Below are positions 58,767 to 64,000 of a stretch of DNA of 64,000 bases, one piece after another; position 1 is the stretch's first letter, and each line of letters opens with the position of its first letter. The position numbers and the translations under genes are program-made. Origin of the DNA: Patescibacteria group bacterium. GTDB lineage: Bacteria; Patescibacteriota; JAQUNI01. The notes beneath the pieces are model-generated. The model was given only the letters and a program-made list of their open reading frames with translations. It ran no database searches and was not told the DNA's origin. The DNA lies in NCBI GenBank assembly GCA_028717685.1, contig JAQUNI010000002.1, forward strand, positions 71,903 through 135,902, written 5' to 3'.

Positions 58767-59486
58767 ATGCCTGAAATCCATCTTTCAGTGATTATTCCCG
58801 CTTATAATGAAGAGAAAAGGATTGCCGCGACCTTGAGAGATATTTATGATTATTTAAAAAAACAGAGCTTTGAAAGTGAAATTTTGCTTTTAGATGATGG
58901 TTCTCGCGATAAGACGGTAGAGGTGGCCCGATCCTTAGATATTCCGAATCTTAAAGTTATTGACAATTCAGAGAATCACGGCAAGGGTTATGTTGTGCGG
59001 CAGGGAATGTTGGAGGCTCGAGGCTCTTATCGTTTGTTTACGGATGCGGATAATTCCACCAAAATTTCCGAATTGGAAAAATTTTGGCCTTATTTTCAAA
59101 ATGGTTTTGATGTCGTGATTGGTTCTATTGAAATTAAAGGCAGCATAGTTCATGAAAGGGCAGCTTGGTATCGCCGGACCTTGGGGAAACTCGCCAAAAT
59201 TTTAATCCGCATGGTTCTGATTTGGGAGATTCACGACACCCAAAGAGGCTTTAAGTGTTTTACAGCCGAGAGCGCTGTGAAGATTTTTCCGAAACAAACA
59301 ATTGAGCGTTGGGGTTTTGATATGGAAATTCTGCAGATTGCCAAAAAGCAGGGGTTTAAAATTAAGGAATTGCCTGTATCTTGGGAGAATCCCGCGGGGA
59401 GCAAGGTAACCTTAGGGTCTTATCTTTCCTCATTTCGAGAGTTAATGAGGATTAAATGGAACAGCTTAAGAGGGAAGTACAAATAA
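58767..59486 (+). CDS. family 2 glycosyltransferase (Dpm1/polyprenol-phosphate sugar transferase-like)
   Basis: VIIPAYNEEKRI, LLDDGSRDKT, DAD. Confidence 0.75.
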   Translation: MPEIHLSVIIPAYNEEKRIAATLRDIYDYLKKQSFESEILLLDDGSRDKTVEVARSLDIPNLKVIDNSENHGKGYVVRQGMLEARGSYRLFTDADNSTKISELEKFWPYFQNGFDVVIGSIEIKGSIVHERAAWYRRTLGKLAKILIRMVLIWEIHDTQRGFKCFTAESAVKIFPKQTIERWGFDMEILQIAKKQGFKIKELPVSWENPAGSKVTLGSYLSSFRELMRIKWNSLRGKYK

Positions 59487-59595
59487 TAATTTCTAATTTT
59501 TAATTTCTAATTTTTATTAAATTTCTAATGACCAAATTTTTAAACCGTTTAGAAATTGATTCATTGAAAATTTAATAAAAATTAAAAATTGATAA

Positions 59596-60624
59596 TTGAA
59601 AATTTCTTTAATGACAGATAAAAATAGAAATCAAATCTTAAAATCAGAACTACGTCAAGATCTAGTGACGGGGGAATGGGTGGTGATTTCGCCTAAAAGG
59701 AAAAAGCGGCCAAGTACACCTTTTATTGAAGCCCATTACCGATATAAAGAACAAGCGGAATGTATATTTTGTGATCCAGTGAAATCAAATCAAGAAAAGG
59801 ATGTTCTGATTTACTATGATAAGAATAAAAGATGGGTTGTTCGGGTTTTTCCCAATAAATATCCTGCTTTTCAGAGGAGAAACAGCTTAAATAAAAAGCT
59901 GCACGGTCCTTACCTTACGGAAGATGCCATTGGTTTTCATGAAGTTGTGGTGACGCGCGACCATAAGCGCTCTTTGGCTTCTCTTAACGTCAGCGAAGTA
60001 GCGGGGGTTTTACGAGCCTATCAGGAGAGATACATTAAATTAATGAACAAGAAATTCGTAGATTATATTCTGGTTTTTTATAATCATGGACGCACTGCCG
60101 GCGCTTCGGTGGCCCATCCCCATTCTCAACTGATTGCTATGCCGTTTGTTTCTATGGATATTCAGAAAGAAATACGGGGAGCAGAGGATTATTTTTTGAG
60201 GAATCGGGAATGCGTTTTTTGCCGGATGGTGGATCAAGAATTAACAGAGAAAAAGAGAATAGTTTTTCAAAATGAGTATTTTGTGGTTTTTTGCCCTTTT
60301 GCCTCCCGAATGGGGTATGAGATGTGGCTCGTGCCCAAAGAACACCATCCTTATTTTGAAAGGTTGGAGCAGGGAGGAAGGGATAAGGCAGCCGAGGCTT
60401 TAAAAGAAGCTCTCTCGCGGCTGGATAAGCTACTAGAAGAACCTGACTACAATTTTTATCTCCACACTTCCCCTTGCGATGGTCACATCCATTCTTATTA
60501 TCATTGGCATATTGAGATCTTGCCTAAATATTCCACTTGGGCAGGGTTTGAACTAGGTACAGGTATAGAGATTAATACCGTATTACCAGAAAATGCAGCA
60601 GAAGAGTTAAGATTGATAGTTTAA
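59596..60624 (+). CDS. galT: galactose-1-phosphate uridylyltransferase-like (GalT/HIT superfamily)
   Basis: CIFCDP zinc site, HPHSQLIAMP (HxHxQ). GC-rich hairpin terminator follows (60640-60700). Confidence 0.7.
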   Translation: MKISLMTDKNRNQILKSELRQDLVTGEWVVISPKRKKRPSTPFIEAHYRYKEQAECIFCDPVKSNQEKDVLIYYDKNKRWVVRVFPNKYPAFQRRNSLNKKLHGPYLTEDAIGFHEVVVTRDHKRSLASLNVSEVAGVLRAYQERYIKLMNKKFVDYILVFYNHGRTAGASVAHPHSQLIAMPFVSMDIQKEIRGAEDYFLRNRECVFCRMVDQELTEKKRIVFQNEYFVVFCPFASRMGYEMWLVPKEHHPYFERLEQGGRDKAAEALKEALSRLDKLLEEPDYNFYLHTSPCDGHIHSYYHWHIEILPKYSTWAGFELGTGIEINTVLPENAAEELRLIV

Positions 60625-60768
60625 AGTTCAAAGTTAGAAGTGCCCGCCCGCCTCGCACTCCCGCGAAGCTTGTGAGCGGGCGCGGCAAAGTTGTAGTTAA
60701 GAGTTAAAAGTTAAAAAATTTTTAATCTTGAACTTAACTTTAAACTTTGAATTTTGAATTTTTAACTA

Positions 60769-61266
60769 ATGTTTAATTATTCCTCTTGGTTTTCCAATTT
60801 TCCTCCTGAGTTGGCGACATTTTTAATTGCCGCATTGCCTATTTCGGAATTGCGCGGCGCGTTGCCTTTGGGTTATACTGTTTATCATTTATCTCTCTGG
60901 TCAGCTTTTTTGTGGTCGCTTTTCGGCAATGTAGCAAGCGCTGTAATTTTTTTGGTTATTTTGGAACCCGTTTCTTCATTCTTGAGCAATCATTTCCGTT
61001 TTTTTCAAAGATTTTTCCGGTGGCTTTTTGAACGCACCCGCAAGAAACACTCCCAAAAATTTGAAAAATGGGGGGCACTTGCTCTTATTACGTTTGTCGC
61101 AATTCCCTTGCCTTTGACCGGCGGTTGGAGCGGGGCAATAGCCGCCTTTGTGTTTAGGATTCCTTTTAAAAAGGCCGCTCTCTCTATATCAATGGGAATT
61201 TTTCTGGCTGGGGTTATTGTGGCGCTTGTAACATTGGGCGGAGTAAGAGGCTGGCAGGCTCTCTAA
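60769..61266 (+). CDS. small membrane protein (COG2426-like)
   Basis: 4 TM; PISELRGALPLG. Confidence 0.5.
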   Translation: MFNYSSWFSNFPPELATFLIAALPISELRGALPLGYTVYHLSLWSAFLWSLFGNVASAVIFLVILEPVSSFLSNHFRFFQRFFRWLFERTRKKHSQKFEKWGALALITFVAIPLPLTGGWSGAIAAFVFRIPFKKAALSISMGIFLAGVIVALVTLGGVRGWQAL

Positions 61267-61317
61267 TTTTAATAATGAAAAGCTATTTTTATAGAGGGGT
61301 GCGGCTTCATCAATTTT

Positions 61318-62073
61318 ATGCCTAATGGCGCGAAAAAAAATCTCATCGTGGGTAATTGGAAAATGCAAACCTTTTTAAAGGAGGGGAGAGAATTAGCGCG
61401 TACGCTAGAGGGTGAAATTACAGGAGAAGAAGGGGAAATTGTGATTTGTCCTCCTTTCACGCAGTTAGCGATTGTAAAGGCGAATATCCATAAAATTCAT
61501 TTGGGCGCGCAGGATCTATTTTGGGAAACAGAGGGGGCTTATACAGGCGAAATTTCCGGGAGGATGCTTCAAGAAATTGGCTGCGAATATGTGATTGTCG
61601 GTCATTCGGAGAGAAGGAAATATCTTGGCGAGACTGACGCAATGATTAACAAAAAGATGCTTGCGGCTTTTGGGAGCGGTTTGGTACCTATTCTGTGCGT
61701 GGGCGAGAGTCTGGAGCAAAAAGAGAAAGACAAAACTTTAGAGATTGTTGAAAAGCAGTTGCTCTTCTCTTTCGCCGGGGTCAATGCGCCCGATAATTTT
61801 GTTATTGCCTATGAGCCGATATGGGCTATTGGCACGGGACAAACGATGGAACCGAAGGAAGCGGAAATAGTCGCGCGCTACCTGCGCCAGCTTATATCCA
61901 AAAGATATAGCGAGAGCGTTGCCAGTCAAGGTAAAATGTTGTACGGAGGCAGTGTGGATGGGCAAAATGTCGTTCACTTCGCGCAACAAGAGAATATTGA
62001 TGGGATTTTAGTAGGGGGCGCCAGCGTGGATGCCGCGGAATTTATTAAGATTGTGAAAGCGGTAGGTAGATAA
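61318..62073 (+). CDS. tpiA: triosephosphate isomerase
   Basis: GNWKM, IVGHSERR, AYEPIWAIGTG, YGGSV. Confidence 0.9.
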   Translation: MPNGAKKNLIVGNWKMQTFLKEGRELARTLEGEITGEEGEIVICPPFTQLAIVKANIHKIHLGAQDLFWETEGAYTGEISGRMLQEIGCEYVIVGHSERRKYLGETDAMINKKMLAAFGSGLVPILCVGESLEQKEKDKTLEIVEKQLLFSFAGVNAPDNFVIAYEPIWAIGTGQTMEPKEAEIVARYLRQLISKRYSESVASQGKMLYGGSVDGQNVVHFAQQENIDGILVGGASVDAAEFIKIVKAVGR

Positions 62074-62343
62074 TGCAGAATGTAAAGATTAAAATGTAAA
62101 ATAACAATATGAAGTTCTAAGAATTCATGGAATACCATGTAGTGTATACCGTTATTGCGCCTATGGCTTTCTGGTGTGTGGGTAAAAAATTCTAAACTCA
62201 AAATCTCAATTTCCAAATAAATTACAATTTTCAAAATCTAAAATTCTAAACACCACTCTATCTCTACATTTTGAATTTTTAAAAATTGGAATTTGGAATT
62301 TATTTAGGATTTGGAATTTTGAATTTGAGATTTACTTAAAATT

Positions 62344-63213
62344 ATGTTAGCCAGACTTAGAGATTTAATTGAAAAAGCGCGGGAGGAGGTTTATGCCTTA
62401 GGTGCGTTTAATACCTGCAATTTGGAGATGACCCAAGGGATTATTCGCGCCGCCTCTAGTATGAAATCTCCCCTTGTGGTTCAGGTTTCTGAAACGACCA
62501 TTAGCTACGCAGGCTTGAAGGCAATTACGCGGATTGTGCGGAGCGTAGTGGAAACGGAGGGGAAGGATGCGCCTATTGCTTTACACCTTGACCATGGTCG
62601 GAGTTTTCGCTCCATCGTGGAATGTATTAAAGCGGGCTTTTCCTCCGTGCAAATTGACGCGGCGGATTTAAGCTTTGAAGAGAATGTGGCTCTCACCCGT
62701 CAGGTGGTGGAATTCGCCCATTCCAAGGATATTTTCGTGCAGGGTGAACTGGGCACTATCCCGGGATTACACGGACAATCAAAGAATAATCATAAGAACC
62801 ATGCTATCGAATATACTGATCCCCTGCAGGCGAAGGAATATGTGCAACGGACAGATATAGATTCTTTGGCTGTTTCCGTGGGCACTTCTCATGGTCTCTA
62901 CCGCACGGAGATCAGATTTGATATTTTGGACGAAATCAGGAGCTTAGTGGATATTCCTTTAGTTTTGCATGGCGCTTCCGGAGAAACGCGTCAAGATGTC
63001 AGGAAGGCAATTCAAAGCGGCGTGAATAATATTAATATTGATACAGAACTTCGTTTTGCTTTCATTAAAGCTTTAAAGGATTTTTTCTTAAAGGATAAAG
63101 AGGAAATTGATCCTCGGAAAGTTCTCGCTTGTGGTCGTGATGCTGTCCAGAAAGTAGTAGAAGAGAAATTGGATTTAGTTGGCAGTGTGGGTCAGGCTCG
63201 TTTAATAGTTTAA
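62344..63213 (+). CDS. fba: class II fructose-bisphosphate aldolase
   Basis: ALGAFN, LHLDHG, LHGASG. Confidence 0.85.
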   Translation: MLARLRDLIEKAREEVYALGAFNTCNLEMTQGIIRAASSMKSPLVVQVSETTISYAGLKAITRIVRSVVETEGKDAPIALHLDHGRSFRSIVECIKAGFSSVQIDAADLSFEENVALTRQVVEFAHSKDIFVQGELGTIPGLHGQSKNNHKNHAIEYTDPLQAKEYVQRTDIDSLAVSVGTSHGLYRTEIRFDILDEIRSLVDIPLVLHGASGETRQDVRKAIQSGVNNINIDTELRFAFIKALKDFFLKDKEEIDPRKVLACGRDAVQKVVEEKLDLVGSVGQARLIV

Positions 63214-63313
63214 CTTGTCTGAAAGATCCTTCTGGACTGAAAGTCCATTAGGATTGAAGTTTTGCAGGCAATATAGCGATACTTTATAATAAGAATCCAT
63301 AAATTTTAAAAAT

Positions 63314-64000
63314 ATGAAACCACAAAATTCTTCCCCAGTTATTGACTCTGCGAAAATCAAAATTGCGATAAATGGTTTTGGAAGAATTGGTCGGGCTGCT
63401 TTTCAGGTCTCTTTAGAAAAGAAAAATTTGGAAGTAGTCGCTATTAACGATTTAGGCGATCCGGAGAACTTAGCCTATCTTTTAAAGTATGATTCGGTTT
63501 ACGGTCGTTATTCAAAAAAAGTGGAAAGAGAAGGAGACCAAATCAAGGTGGATGGCAGGAGATACAGATGTTACAGTGAAAAAGATCCGACAAAGCTTCC
63601 TTGGAAAACTCTGGATGTTGATATTGTTTTGGAATGCACGGGATTTTTCACGGAAAGGGAAGGGGCGGAAAAACATCTCCAAGCGGGAGCTCGAAGGGTG
63701 ATTATTTCGGCTCCCACCAAGTCTGAAGATGTACCCACCTATATTATCGGCGTGAATCATCAAGAATATAAAAAAGAAGACCTGATTATTTCTAACGCTT
63801 CCTGCACAACCAACGCTTTAGCGCCGCTCCTTAAGGTGCTAAACGATTCCGTGGGTGTTGAAAAATCTCTGATGACGACTGTGCATAGCTATACTTCCAC
63901 CCAGAGTTTGGTGGATAGTCCGGCAGCAAAAGATTTTCGGCGTGGTCGGGCAGCGGCTTTAAATATGGCGCCTTCCACGACTGGCGCCGCCATAGCCGCG
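63314..64000 (+). CDS. gap: glyceraldehyde-3-phosphate dehydrogenase (3' end outside window)
   Basis: Hand-translated: INGFGRIGR, SNASCTTNALAP. Open to the window end. The track ORF 63489-63701 is an alternative frame inside it. Confidence 0.9.
   Translation, partial: MKPQNSSPVIDSAKIKIAINGFGRIGRAAFQVSLEKKNLEVVAINDLGDPENLAYLLKYDSVYGRYSKKVEREGDQIKVDGRRYRCYSEKDPTKLPWKTLDVDIVLECTGFFTEREGAEKHLQAGARRVIISAPTKSEDVPTYIIGVNHQEYKKEDLIISNASCTTNALAPLLKVLNDSVGVEKSLMTTVHSYTSTQSLVDSPAAKDFRRGRAAALNMAPSTTGAAIAA

Noticed and set aside
63489-63701. 70-aa ORF near the window end
   Set aside because: It is an alternative frame inside the gap gene, whose main frame is open and conserved from 63314 to the window end.

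Overview
Low-GC, compact segment that looks like a Candidate Phyla Radiation (Patescibacteria-type) bacterial chromosome, standard code (TGA is used as a stop at several gene ends). Left half (1 to ~36 kb) is accessory-like: a Pif1/RecD-type helicase 3' end, DUF167, a four-helix-bundle (Avd/IVS-like) gene flanked by short tandem repeats, a VirD4/TraG-like coupling ATPase, a split ComEC, ndk, a coiled-coil/SPFH-like cluster, a standalone LeuA-allosteric-domain protein, a GCS-type ligase + M20 peptidase pair, a csoR-copZ-like-copA copper module, RRM protein, DUF3850-NUDIX, and a REP-associated tyrosine transposase (RAYT) interrupted by an in-frame TGA next to a methyltransferase and a CYTH protein. 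An ABC-2 exporter follows, then a minus-strand block ending at tRNA-Pro(GGG) that carries an ImmA-like HExxH protein, a Ca-repeat surface protein, a stand-alone retron/Abi-lineage reverse transcriptase with a non-canonical YVDN active-site motif, a cdd-like deaminase, a PP2C phosphatase, an unknown 186-aa protein and a truncated XRE HTH. Right half (~36 to 64 kb) is core: rpmB, M50 protease, the str operon (rpsL, rpsG, fusA, tuf), the S10-spc ribosomal operon through secY-adk-map (no L30; DJ-1/PfpI sits in its place), ruvX, GT2, galT-like, then tpiA, fba and gap (3' partial). Several dispersed repeat families are present, none shaped like a CRISPR array: a REP-like hairpin (CCCCGTTAGAGAA...TTCTCTAACGGGG), a ~120-150 bp compound palindrome (2 copies), a 29-bp perfect palindrome (2 copies), a ~75-bp repeat after rplD and rpmC, and long AT-rich palindromic spacers. 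The best candidate for an undescribed system is the RT locus with its flanking noncoding regions on the tRNA-Pro-proximal block.
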